64,000 nucleotides of DNA from Octopus vulgaris. Lineage: Eukaryota. Position 1 is the stretch's first letter; each line of letters opens with the position of its first letter. The notes beneath the pieces are model-generated. The model was given only the letters and a program-made list of their open reading frames with translations. It was not told the DNA's origin and searched no databases. The stretch lies in contig OX597814.1 of NCBI GenBank assembly GCA_951406725.2, positions 81,530,001-81,594,000 of the forward strand, read 5' to 3'. Shown here one piece after another: positions 13,450 through 24,769 of this stretch. Position numbers and translations under genes: made by a program.

Positions 13450-13640
13450 GAATCATTAGCATGCCAGGCAAAATGCTTAGTGGCATTTCATGTCTTTGCG
13501 TTCTGAGTTCAAATTCCACTGAGGTCATCTTTGTCTTTCATCCTTTAAGGGGTTGATAAAATAAGTACCAGTTGGACACTGGGATCAGTGAAATTGACTT
13601 ACCCCTCCCCTAAAGTTGCTAAAATTTGAAACCAATATTT
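13450..13640 (+). mobile_element. Second tRNA-like SINE family (also 12945-13075, 17318-17525 (-), 22410-22555, 47900-48110 (-), 48130-48530 (-), 53920-54130, 62800-62900 (-))
   Basis: Shared consensus gagctggcagaatcgttagca..aaatgcttag..ttctgagttcaaattc..gaggtcgactttgcctttcatcctttc.gggtcgataaa.taagtaccag. Confidence 0.8.
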
Positions 13641-14130
13641 TTGAATAACAGGAAGATGGATTGATAAAATTGTTAGAACATTGTAGAAATGCCTTTAAAT
13701 GCTATTCCTCCAAGGTCGACTTTTATCCTTCCATGTGTCACTAAATTAAGTACTTGTCAAGCATTAAGGTTCTTAAAATAAGTATTATCCTTTTCCATTC
13801 TGAGTTCAAATTCTTCCATGGTTGGCTTTCATCCTTTCACAGATCATAAAGTAAGTACCAGTAAAGTACTGCTTGCTTGCTTCATTCTCTTGCTGGATGG
13901 GGCTGGGGTCATCTCAGGTTTGTGGTCCCAGAGACAGCATCATGCACAGAGCTGACCAGGTCCACCAGTACTCTCCATTGCTGGCTGTTCTGTGCTAATC
14001 CCCTCTGCATCCTCCAAGGTGAAGTCAAGAGTAAAGTACTGGGGTTAATATATTAATATAATTAGCACTTTTCTCCTCAAATGGAAAAAAATATATTTTT
14101 AACTTTGTGCCTGTATTTGAAATTTTCCAG

Positions 14131-14283
14131 GGGTACAACAAAGAACTGACCAAAATATTTCAGAGAGCTGGTTTTATTCAGACTGGTACAAAACCATTGA
14201 GTAAAAAATCAAGTGATATGCTATCAAGTAACAATAGCAATACTGGAAATAATCAATTCACTTCGCTTGAGCAATGTACTGCG
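14131..14283 (+). CDS. GNPTG: GNPTG coding exon (GYNKELTKIFQRAGFIQ...FTSLEQCTA)
   Basis: ttttccag|...GCG|gtaagt, 153 nt. Matches the G..K.L..LF..AG and F..LE.C motifs of GNPTG. Confidence 0.92.
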
Positions 14284-14313
14284 GTAAGTTACTTTATTTT
14301 AATGTGTTTAACC

Positions 14314-14642
14314 CAGGACTGGCCAACTCAAATTAAATTGCAGGCCACTTTAATCACAGAAAGTTTTTTGAGGGCCACTTGTATACTTTATGCACTAATA
14401 GTCAAATAATCAAATTACAGAATCAAGAATTTTTCATGCTTTTCGTTTGTTTAAAATTATAAAATTGTAGGCTTTTGCTTTATTGCCACTTATAAAATTT
14501 TAAATTTATTTTGAAACAAATTTTTTACACAAACAATTTTATTTTGAAATTAAATACAATACTTCAAAAAGTATCAAGTGGGCTGCAAGATAAAAGTCTG
14601 CAGGCTGCATGCAACCCATGGACCTCAGGTTGGCCAGCCCTG
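14314..14642. mobile_element. hAT-type MITE with intact 8-bp target-site duplication
   Basis: TIRs caggactggccaac / gttggccagccctg. Perfect TSD GTTTAACC at 14306-14313 and 14643-14650. Confidence 0.85.
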
Positions 14643-15324
14643 GTTTAACCCCAGGTTAACCCCGATCCTACAGACCTGTAACCAAACAGAATAGTATCCT
14701 GCAGACTTATGGCAAACAGAATAAGATCCTGCTGAACTATTCCATCCATGCCCATCAAGTTTTTTTTTCTCTTTTTTTTGTCAGGCACAGTATAATCTAG
14801 GACTGTATTATCTAGGATGCATTAACCCTTTGCCAATGCAAAGTATTTTTATAATTTTCTTTTAAACGACCATGCTTGTTTTCAGACTTTTAGTTAGCCC
14901 TTGTTTCGTATGTTCTGAGTAACATAAACCTTTCCTTTCATAAGACCCAGGTTACTCTGGATGTTGAAAGAAACTGGGAATGTGTATCATATATGATGCA
15001 TGGATGCCAGGGAAATATGTCCTGTATATCACATATGACATACAGGACAGACAAAGGGCTAATCAGTGTGTGATTTAAACAAAATTTCCTTGCTATTTCT
15101 AGCATCTCAGCTTACTGTAGAAGCTTCATCATGTTATTCTCTGTAAAGATTTTACACAAATATTCTTCCTAGAGTAAAACTTTTTACAGCAGGATTATTG
15201 AAGAATTAAAATTTCAAAGCTGTCTAGTTAAATGGATTTTGTGTCATTTTTTTTTTTTTTTGAGACTGTAAATTGTGATTTGAGGTCATCTGCTGTTGTA
15301 CCTCTTTTACTTGTTTCAGTTATT

Positions 15325-15780
15325 ATAACATCTTGCCCGGCCCCCTTAAATTGAAACTACCTGTAAATAAATTGTAGTATTGCTTATACCATTACTAGCT
15401 CACTCTTTAACCTACGGGTCTCATAGCCCCAAGGATGGTAGATTATATGCTTTTGATATTTCAGGCTTTCTAGACTTCTTTTCTAGGCCATGTTTTCTTT
15501 CCTATTCCTTCTTCTCTTCGTTTATATTGTATGCTCTTGTTTTTTACTCTGATGAAGCTCGGTGCCTTAATCCGAATGTCCTATGAAGATGAAGAGTTTT
15601 ATTTTCACAATTATTTGTAGACAGCACTTGGTAACAGCTGCAGAAATGGCTGTGAGATTTGTTACGTCACCTATTTCTTACGTCATACTTTGTATATTAT
15701 AAAATAAGCTGTAAATGTGGTCCAATTGATGTGTTTGTTAATCTAAGGTTTACTCCATTTTCTGATTATTTGTATTATAT
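15325..15780 (+). mobile_element. Unclassified repeat fragment ending in (TA)n, possibly a Penelope-like terminus
   Basis: Distinct composition, CTGATGA at 15549-15555 and a distant GAAA, terminating in a TA microsatellite. Confidence 0.35.
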
Positions 15781-15792
15781 ATATATATAACC

Positions 15793-16658
15793 TTAGGTCT
15801 CACCAAGGAAATGACTAGAGACCGAGACCTATGGAAGTATGCTGTGCGTGAGAAGACCCGGCAAGACTAGTCAGGCCATAACCCGTGGCCCCTACCTGGG
15901 ACGTAGTCAGTCCACCTGTGCATACCTTCCTTCTTGTGACACTTGTGAAGACCTGTTGAGGCAAGTGAAAATCAAATCAAAAAATCAAAAAATCAAACAA
16001 AATCAAAATAGATGAACATCAATGGAATTTGTATCTTTGTGGCACACGAGAAAACCATCCGAACGTGGCCGTAGCCAGTGCCGCACCGACTGGCCTCCAT
16101 GCTGTGGGCACGTAACAATCACCATCCGATCGTGGCCGATCGCCAGCCTCATCTGGCTCCTGTGTCGGTGGCACATAAAAAACACCATCCGAGCGTGGTC
16201 GTCTGCTAGTCTTGTCTGGCACCTGTGTCGGTGGCACATAAAAACACCATCCGAGCGTGGCCGTTCGCCAGCCTTGTCTGGCACCTGTGTCGGTGGCACA
16301 TAAAAACACCATCCGAGCGTGGCCATTCGCCAGCCTCGTCTGGCACCTGTGTCGGTGGCACATAAAAACACCATCCGAGCGTGGCCGTTCGCCAGCCTCG
16401 TCTGGCACCTGTGTCGGTGGCACATAAAAACACCATCCGAGCATGGCCGTTCGCCAGCCTCGTCTGGCACCTGTGTCGGTGGCACATAAAATCACCCACT
16501 ACACTCTCGGAGTGGTTGGCGTTAGGAAGGGCATCCAGCTGTAGAAACACTGCCAGATCTGACTGGCCTGGTGCAGCCTTCGGGCTCCCCAGACCCCAGT
16601 TGAACCGTCCAACCCATGCTAGCATGGAAAGCGGACGTTTGATGATGATGATGATGAT

Positions 16659-16660
<2 letters not shown>
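15793..16660 (+). mobile_element. RTE-clade LINE 3' end with internal tandem array and (GAT)n tail
   Basis: Starts with L-T-K-E-M-T-R-D-R-D-L-W-K coding remnant, homologous to 24770-25310. Ends aggaagggcatccagctgtagaaac...gcatggaaagcggacgttt(gat)n. Confidence 0.8.
16110..16490 (+). repeat. GC-rich tandem array, 62-bp unit, about 6 near-identical copies plus diverged upstream copies from 16020
   Basis: Unit aaaaacaccatccgagcgtggccgttcgccagcctcgtctggcacctgtgtcggtggcacat. Register at 16134, 16197, 16259, 16321, 16383, 16445. Confidence 0.95.
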
Positions 16661-16690
<30 letters not shown>

Positions 16691-17583
16691 AATACACAAC
16701 TGGCTTCTTCCAGTTTCCATCTACCGAATCCACTCAGTCTGAGGCTATAGTAGAAGACACTTGCCCAAGGTGCCATGAAGTAGGGCTGAACCTGGAACCA
16801 TGTGGTTGGGAAGCAAGCTTCTTACCACACAGCCATGCCTGTGCTATAAGTAGACTTTTCCTAATTTTACTTTCCAGTGCAGTGGAGATGTTAAACAACT
16901 GTTGATTAGTCAGTATATGGGAATACTGGTTGCTAATAAAGAGGAAAGTACTGATATTAGAATAGAAACAAGGAAGATGATAGATTATTAGATTGATTGG
17001 TGCAGAATATTTTGATACCAGGCAAGTTAATTCAGAGTGTTTGCTCTGGCTCTTTACATTTTCAGTTCAATTCCTGCTGAGGTCAACTTCCATCCCTTCA
17101 GAGTTGATAAAATAAAGTATCCCTTATGCTCTGAGTTCAGTATAATTGGCTGTTCCTATCCCTCAAAGTTTCAGGCCTTTTGCCTTTATCAGAAATAATT
17201 GTTGTTCTCAGACAACAACAATAATTATTGTTGCTGTTATTGTTGCAGTAGTCTTCTTCCTACTACTACAAAAAAAACAGTGATATACTTTATCATGTAG
17301 ATTAGTTCATACATACTGGTTTCAAATTTTGGCACAAGGCCAGCAATTTCGAGGGAGGCGGCGAATTGATTACATTAACCCCAGTTCTCAACTGGTCTAA
17401 TTTTTTATTGACCTCAAAAGGTTGAAAGGCAAAGTCGGCCTCAGCAGAATTTGAACTCAGAACATTAAGGTGGCAGAAATGTCACTAAGCATTTTGTCTG
17501 GCGTGCTAATGATTCTGCCAGCTAGCTACCTTCTATTAGAATTACATATTCAACTGGAAACTTTTGAATTTATTTATTTGCAG

Positions 17584-17712
17584 GCATTTAACATACTTCA
17601 AGCAGAAATTGAGGGTTTACGCACTCTACTAATGCTGAAGGAAGTGAAGAGTAGTAAGTCCTATTTCAATATTAGTGATCACCATAGAGGAGGAAAGATA
17701 CCAACGAACTGA
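17584..17712 (+). CDS. GNPTG: GNPTG terminal coding exon, short form (AFNILQAEIEGLRTLLMLKEVKSSKSYFNISDHHRGGKIPTN*)
   Basis: tttgcag acceptor and coiled-coil L..EI..L..LL as in GNPTG. TGA at 17710-17712, AATAAA at 17736-17741. An internal gtaagt donor lies at 17654. Confidence 0.85.
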   Translation, partial: AFNILQAEIEGLRTLLMLKEVKSSKSYFNISDHHRGGKIPTN

Positions 17713-17873
17713 CACTGTGAGAGTTTTGTTTCCTCAATAAACTTATTTTATTTCATTAATTCCACTAGTTTCCTTTTATATGACATAATACACATATCAT
17801 CTCATTTTGGTTTGTCTGTACAATCTTTTTCCAATCTAAAAATATAAATTCTTATTAATTTACCTCACTAACA

Positions 17874-17875
<2 letters not shown>

Positions 17876-17918
<43 letters not shown>
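17876..17918. repeat. (TA)n microsatellite; others (TA, TG/CA, GAT) at about 5080, 11204, 16660, 24690, 27170, 35543, 37182, 56775
   Basis: Directly visible dinucleotide runs. Confidence 0.95.
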
Positions 17919-17923
<5 letters not shown>

Positions 17924-18121
17924 AATTTACAAAAAAAAAACAAAACAAAAGACGAAGACGGGTGTGTAAATAACAAACAGATGTATTACTTTAACACTCC
18001 GGAAGTGAGAAAGTCTTTTACATTTCGAGCCTATGCTCTTCAACAGAAAGGAACACAGAAATAAGCAGAGCGAGAGAATAAAAAAAATTTAGTGGCTAGC
18101 GATCAATCGTGGCAATAATAA
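17918..18121 (-). mobile_element. About 200-bp dispersed element in (TA)n carrying a minimal hammerhead-like motif (Penelope-like derivative)
   Basis: Homologous to 41016-41212 and flanked by (TA)n. Minus strand 18050-18015 reads CTTT CTGTTGA A GAGC-ATAG-GCTC GAAA TG TA AAAG. Confidence 0.65.
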
Positions 18122-18246
18122 ATATATATATAACAAAGTTATTTTATTCCACATAGAAGTTGAAAATGCACTGAGAATAGTTAAAATATTTTTTGTTATA
18201 TTTAAAGATTTAACTGGTTTCACACTTCACACTAATTTTCAAAAAG

Positions 18247-18773
18247 TTGAAATTGAAAGACGTGGCTATGTCTTGCTTCTAACTAGTGTTTGAAGCTTGT
18301 CCTATTTTTATAGGGAGTTCATAGGACTTAATTGGCTGAGGATAATCACATGATTGGTCTTAGAAATTTTTGTAGGTTCCCTGCTTCATTTTAGGTGCAA
18401 AATATACTGTCACTTGACACTAATGCATGGACGTAGCAGTTCTAAACTTAATCACATGTTTATTTTCTACAAACAGTTGATAGAAAACATTCAGAGCATT
18501 GATTGTTTGATACTGTCATGAGACATGTTCAGTCAACTGTGTCAGCCTTAGCTTATGATGCCAAACATTGCCACTTGATACTAACACACAGATGTAGCAA
18601 GAAACCTACAAAAATTTCTAAGACCAATCATGTGACTATCCTCCACTAATCAAGTCCTATCCAAAACATATATACTAATTTGAGCCATGAACTTCCTATA
18701 AAAATAAGACAAACTTCAAACACTAGTCAACAGCAAGACAGTTGTGACATAAGCTATATCTTTAAATTTCAAT
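18247..18773. repeat. Long inverted repeat (foldback/MITE-like)
   Basis: Arms 18247-18379 and 18602-18773. Perfect 33-bp core 18346-18378 is the reverse complement of 18603-18635. Confidence 0.9.
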
Positions 18774-20919
18774 CAGATGTTTAGAGGTTAAATAAATTCA
18801 TAATGTCTTCTAGGTATTTAGGCCTCCATTGGTCAGCTCAGGTTAAATAGTTGTTTATTCTATCAAAAATATTAGTTATACTCTTTCGTGTTTATCTTTA
18901 AACTCATATGTTGCAAACAAGATGGATGTGTCCTATGCCCATGAAACTTTAAGTAATGTGGAGCTAAGTCAAACTGTTATTAAATACATCTAACTCCAAC
19001 CAAATGTGTTAAGAGTACCTTTCTTTCATTCGTTCACTGACTTGTGCATGTGTATGTGCATGTGTGTGTGTATATGCATGTGTGTTTTTTTATGTATAAT
19101 TATACATAAAAACATTTTAACATTAATTAAATTAACACATATGCATTTAAATAAAGTATCACATTTATTTTTCCAAAGAAAAGGTTAAGAGCAACTTCAC
19201 AGTATGTAAACATTTTGGTATTTTCAAGCTCCTGTTACTCTACTTCTTTCTCATCACAAACACTGTATTTCATCTTGCCCTATCAAATAATGAATAGTGA
19301 TGTTTTTAAACACCACAAAAATACATTATTAAACCACACTTACATTGCAACCACTAAACCTTACCAACAAGATGAACCAAAAATATGATCCAAGGCATTT
19401 CAGCAGTGATAACTGCTCCACCTTTACTTATTTCAGGCATAAAGTATCTACAATTATACCATCCAGTGTGCCCTTCTTGTTTGTTTTTAACATGGTCAGG
19501 TGTGATTTTGAGAAACTTAGCTGCTATTTCTAGCAGGCCCAATGATTACATAGGGGCTGTCTCTATCCTGTGATACACCAGCATCCTATTCTGAGGAAGA
19601 TTTATTATTTATATGTTTATTATGAAATTGAGACTAAGCACTGTCCTTTTCGAAGTTCATTGATTTTAGGAAGATATATTTTATATTGTAGTCAAGTTCC
19701 ACTTGTCAAACTTTTACCTACATAGAGCTTTACTATGTATACAAATACAGTGTTTGGGTATTTGTAAATAAGCCCCAAATGCATTGCACAATATATCATG
19801 TAGTAGGTTTAACACACCTTCTTATTTAATAATCAATTCTCAGATGCTTTTTAAGGAGCTCATCCTGACTAGACTTGCAGTTCTTACCTCACTTGTTGTT
19901 ATTGTTGTTCAACCCTAAGTTTAGTTCTGATCAGGTAGTCCTATGATCAAAAACATTTCAGCTGTGACCATCCCATATTTTTGTATATCAAGGACTACAT
20001 TGTCCAATGTGTCCTTATTTTTATTTATGTATTTCTTTAGGACAGTAGGGAGGGTGTGATTTGAGAGAGATTTAGCTGCTGTTTCTAGCAGTTCGAATTA
20101 TCATGGAAAGACTCTCTTTTGGATCATACACACACACACATTTTTCATGCAGATTTTCAGGTTGGCTATCACTAACAGAATCTCACTACCTGGGAGGATC
20201 TACAAAGATCATTGTGTCTGCCCCTCTTCTCCTGCCTAATTTGTAACAATTTTAAAAAAAAGACTGAGTCACCAGTGAGTTCTTCATCTGCATGTAGTGT
20301 TTCAAGGTTGGAGAAGAGGACTGTTTTACAATGTTTGTGCTGCTTAAATTAGAAAAGTGATGCTCTTTATGCTATATATTTATGGACCTATAAAAGCTGA
20401 ATCATTGAGAGCTAAGTATTAGTTAAGTGTCTGATATTTAAATAAGGGTTAAGCTAATTCTCAGAACTATAAAAGCTGAGTCATGGTGAGTTCAGTCAGT
20501 TGGCTGACGATGCATAACTTTTAGTTGTTTCCCTATGGTATCTATTTACTGCTAAATGAACTGGACCATTAGGGAGACTTCAAGGTCTTTACATTGACAC
20601 AGTGTTGTGCTGTGGTGGGAAAGACTAACAGCTTCATGAATTTGAATTTAACAGATATCCCTTCTTGCCTATAAACCATTAAAAAAATTCACGCAAAACT
20701 GCTTTATTAAAAATTGTTATACTTGGGGAGGGTTTTTTCTTTTTTTTTTTTTTTTTTGGTCAATTAAACATATGTGCTATTTATTTGATCTTCAGTTTTC
20801 ATTTGTAGGATAAAATGGAATAAACAGGACAAAAAGTTACTGCTGAGGTCACATAATGTATGATGAAAGAACTTTGAGAGACACATAAACTAAAAACTAA
20901 AGTTAAGATCAAATAAATA

Positions 20920-21251
20920 TGATAGGATAGGATAGGAGTATTCCGTTGGTTACAAGAACGAGGGTCCCAGCTGATACGATCAATGGAACAGCTTGCTCGT
21001 GAAATAAATGTGCAAGTGGCTGAGCACTCCGCAGACACATGTACCCTTAATATAGTTCTCAAGGAGATTCCGCGTGACAAGTTGGCCCTTTGAAATACAG
21101 GTACTACTCATTTTTGCCAGTTGAGTGGACTGGAGCAAGCAATGTGAAATAAAGTGTCTTGCTCCAGGGCACAACACATTGCTGGGAATTGAACTCATGA
21201 CCTTATGATCATGAGCAGAATTTGCTAATCACTAAGCCATGCGCCTTCACT
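20920..21251 (-). mobile_element. Full-length tRNA-derived SINE with 13-bp TSD and (ATCCT)n tail
   Basis: TSD gatcaaataaata at 20907-20919 and 21252-21264. Minus-strand head gtgaaggcgcatggcttagtga...gagttcaattccc carries A and B boxes. Confidence 0.85.
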
Positions 21252-21427
21252 GATCAAATAAATAGTACATGTTTAATTGGCAAAAAAAAAAAGATCATCC
21301 TCAAGTATAACAATAACTGTTTCAACACACAATTTCACATCAAGATTCTTGCAAAACAAATGCATATTTTTTTTAATGTTCTGCATATATAAGGTACTAA
21401 ATTTTTTTTTTTTTTTCTGAAATTCAG

Positions 21428-21471
21428 ATGACAACGTGGCAAACACTTATCATTCTCCAAAAGCAAATGAG
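21428..21471 (+). CDS. GNPTG: Candidate downstream GNPTG exon (NDNVANTYHSPKANE)
   Basis: tactaa branch site, long T tract, ttcag acceptor, perfect GAG|gtaagt donor. Phase 1 start is compatible with the donor at 17654. Confidence 0.6.
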
Positions 21472-22159
21472 GTAAGTAAACTTTTTGTAATTAAACAAAT
21501 GCTCTATCACATCATTAGAGTATTGATCATAAATTTGCTGATCTTTTTTCTGACTATAAAGCTTTAAGTTGAACCTCTGCTTAAGAATTGTTCCATCTTT
21601 GATACTAAACTAACAGCGAGAAACAATCAAAATTACCAAATCATATATTAAGGTTAACGTGATTCTTTCTACTTTAGGCACAAGGCCTGAAGTTTGTGAA
21701 TTGGTGGCTAGTCAATAATATTAACCTTGAAAGAGGTTAGCAACCATATAGATAAACCAGTATGCTGAGGCTTCATCCAGGAGTAGATCAAAAATGACCA
21801 GAAGAAATGGATAAGTACAAAAACATAAAATCAACAGTGGTAGGTTTTGAAATTGGGACTGAGAAAAACAAAGCAAAATATATTTAAACTTTCCTTTTCA
21901 TTGAATATTTATTAACCCAAGCAAGTAATCACAAAAAATTTTATGGCAAGGGAATAAGACTGTGATGTTGATGCTTTTCTCAAAGGCATTAAGAAGCTTA
22001 AATAAAAGGAACTAGTTTTATCAGGAAATTGAGATTGTCTTGCAGATGTAGCTTATTCACTCAAAGGCAGTTATTTTTCCTATTAAACATTAAATGAATT
22101 TTAGAATTTACTTTTAATTTAGAGAATGTTGGTAATGAAATTTGTAAAAGAACCATAAA

Positions 22160-22378
22160 TTAAGCCTTTAGCATTTAAACTGGCCATCTCTGGCACAAAT
22201 ATTCTGTTTTATGTTCAAACTGGCCAGACCTGGCCTCTTACACCTACCCTGCAACATCATACAAAAATAATCGCATTATTGAAATCTCAGAGCTATGAGA
22301 TAATGCATGATTAATTGAAAACAATGTGAATAAGTGAGCATTACATTTGATTGAGTAACCTAAACACTAAAGGGTTAA
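22160..22378. mobile_element. piggyBac-like MITE family, about 220 bp (also 8105-8322, 22680-22835, 42448-42667, 46254-46446, 47343-47531, 55848-56027, 56341-56533, 60144-60367, 60749-60957)
   Basis: Consensus TTAA|CCCTTTAGCATT ... AATGCTAAAGGG|TTAA termini with a shared internal sequence, present in both orientations. Confidence 0.85.
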
Positions 22379-23049
22379 ATATCTTTCAATAATTGCCTAT
22401 CATTCTGGACAACGAGCTGGCAGAATCGTTAGCACACTCGGCAAAATGCTTAGTGGCATTTCATCTGTCTTTACATTCTGAGTTCAAATGCCACCTGGGT
22501 TGACTTAGTCCCTCCCCTGAAACTGCTGACCTTGTGCCAACATTTGAAACCAATAATTATTTATCATTTTATATTCTGAGTTCATATTTCATCTTACAGG
22601 AGTGAGGAGAAGCAATAAAATAAGTATCAGTTATATACTACAGTCAATCCAATCAACTATATCCACCCCACTTTAACCTATATCCAGCCTAAAATATTGT
22701 ACCTGTTTTACATGTAAACTGACTTAATCCAACCTCTTACACTTACCTTACAATGTCATTTTTAAAATAATATGATTAATTCAAAACAATGTGAATCAAT
22801 AAACATTACATTTGACAGTAAACTGAATGCTAAAGCTAGTGGTCTCTTGTTAATATAAGAAATTATTAACCTTTTCATAACTATATTATAATAAAATGTA
22901 TTGCTTGTGGGATTTTACGAAAGTAGGATTTTTAACTACTTCACTATTAAGCTGGTGTTTGGAACAATGCTTGTTGGCTTCACAATGGTCAACTATTGTA
23001 ATTGTTTCTTCAAATCTAATAATACTCTATTCTCTTGTTTTAATTACAG

Positions 23050-23115
23050 CTCAGTGCCTGGACACGTTACAAGTTTCCATTCTTTAAACAGAAGAGACCG
23101 AAACAATACTTTTGA
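23050..23115 (+). CDS. GNPTG: Candidate alternative terminal GNPTG exon (LSAWTRYKFPFFKQKRPKQYF*)
   Basis: ctaat branch site + pyrimidine tract + ttacag acceptor. Phase 0 open frame to TGA 23113-23115, AATAAA at 23367-23372. No homology support. Confidence 0.4.
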   Translation, partial: LSAWTRYKFPFFKQKRPKQYF

Positions 23116-23592
23116 TTGTTAAATTATTTTCTTTCATTCCGAAGTACATGATACCTACTAAATAACATTACTCATTTCTGTTGACTAACCGAGAAAAAAA
23201 ATGACTTTATATTTTCATCAGAATAATTTGAAAGAAATTTCTACGTCACCAACCCCAATCTTTGGGATTCACAAATGAACAGCACCATATTTATTGAATA
23301 ATTATGACATCATCATCATCATCGTTTATGTATATTGAATGTATAAACTTGTAAAAAACTTAAAGAAATAAACTAACAATATCTATTTAAAGTTAGAGAA
23401 TCTTTGGCTTTAAATGTATTTATACATATGTAAACACTAGTCGCTACTCACTGAAAATATGCAAGTGACAAATATTGTTTTATAGTTAATCATTGTGGTA
23501 ATCTATATTGAAAGGGATTAATTAAATAAAATTATGTTCTCTTTATCATTAAACAAATAATAAATTATAAATACTCATACATATCAAATATA

Positions 23593-24484
23593 TTGGGTCA
23601 TCCTATAAATAATGTGGATTTTTCATTTGCATGAACTAAAAGTTGGAGTGGGGTGGGATAAACTACATGCATCAACTTGCTATAAAAGCAGGTAGCAATT
23701 TTATCTTATCTTTATTCTTAGTGCAAATTTTGAAGAGTGCAGTTCGATTTTAGCAGTTATTTTTTCAAAGCTATAATAGAAGTGACAAAGAGCATATTCA
23801 GCATATTTTGCTATATGAGTTCAATAAAGGCAACAAAGGAAAGTACAAGGAATATTAATGCAGTATATATCAGACAATAAGCATAAGCCAGTGTCCACTG
23901 TGGTTCCAGAAATTCCAAGCCAGAAATTACAGCCTAGAAGATGAGCTTCATCCTGGAAGATCTGTAGAGCTTGACAAGGACGTCCTACAAACCCTGGTGG
24001 AACAAAATCCCATCATAACTGTTGAGGAACTAGCTGAGAAGCTTGGATTTGGTCATTCAACCATTCATCAACACCTGCACTAGAAGAAAAACGACAATCC
24101 TTTGTTTCAAGATGAAAGGTGTTCTTCCATCAGGATAATGCTTGGCCACATACAACAAGGATGACATTCCAATGGGAAACAATGCTCCACCCACCATATT
24201 CGCTGGACATTGCCTCATCTGATTATCATTTATTCCGCAATCTTCAAGCTCATTTGGACAGAAAATATATGAATTCTATAGACAAGGTAAGAACAGTACT
24301 GGAGGAATATTTTTCGTCATAGACAAGTGAATTTTGGAAGAGGAGCCTTGCAAGTCTACCAGATAGATGGAAGAGCATTGTAGAAAATGGAGAATATATC
24401 TCAGATTTAAAAAAAACACTTTATCTTAATTTTGAAGAATAAAAGAAATATGAAAAAAAATGCATTATTTATGGAATGACCCAA
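23593..24484 (+). mobile_element. mariner (DD34D) element, internally deleted and decayed
   Basis: TA-flanked TIRs ttgggtcatcctataaataatg / cattatttatggaatgacccaa. Motifs HQDNAWPH and HPPYSLDIASSDYHLF. Confidence 0.9.
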
Positions 24485-24684
24485 TATATACAAACTGTAT
24501 ACAATTTATGTAAGTGCAGTTAAATTTACACACATTTCTACTCTGTATTATGCTAACTAAATATCCTGTTAGTGTTGCCATGAAATTTAAGCATGGAGGT
24601 ACCATACCAACTAATTGTTTTTGTGCATGTCAGAGAAAAGGGAAAACAGAGAGACACAGCGGCACACCATTAAATATTCATGTG

Positions 24685-24722
<38 letters not shown>

Positions 24723-24769
24723 CATATGTATATGTATGTAAAATATGTATATGTAAAAAGTAAAAGAGT

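Noticed and set aside
16110-16490. CRISPR-like regular repeats
   Set aside because: Units are contiguous and near-identical with no unique spacers, there are no cas genes, and the context is a eukaryotic retroelement.
16003-16905. Long overlapping ORFs (158-175 aa) with repeated peptides
   Set aside because: By-product of the 62-bp GC-rich tandem array cycling through frames; no splice or homology support.
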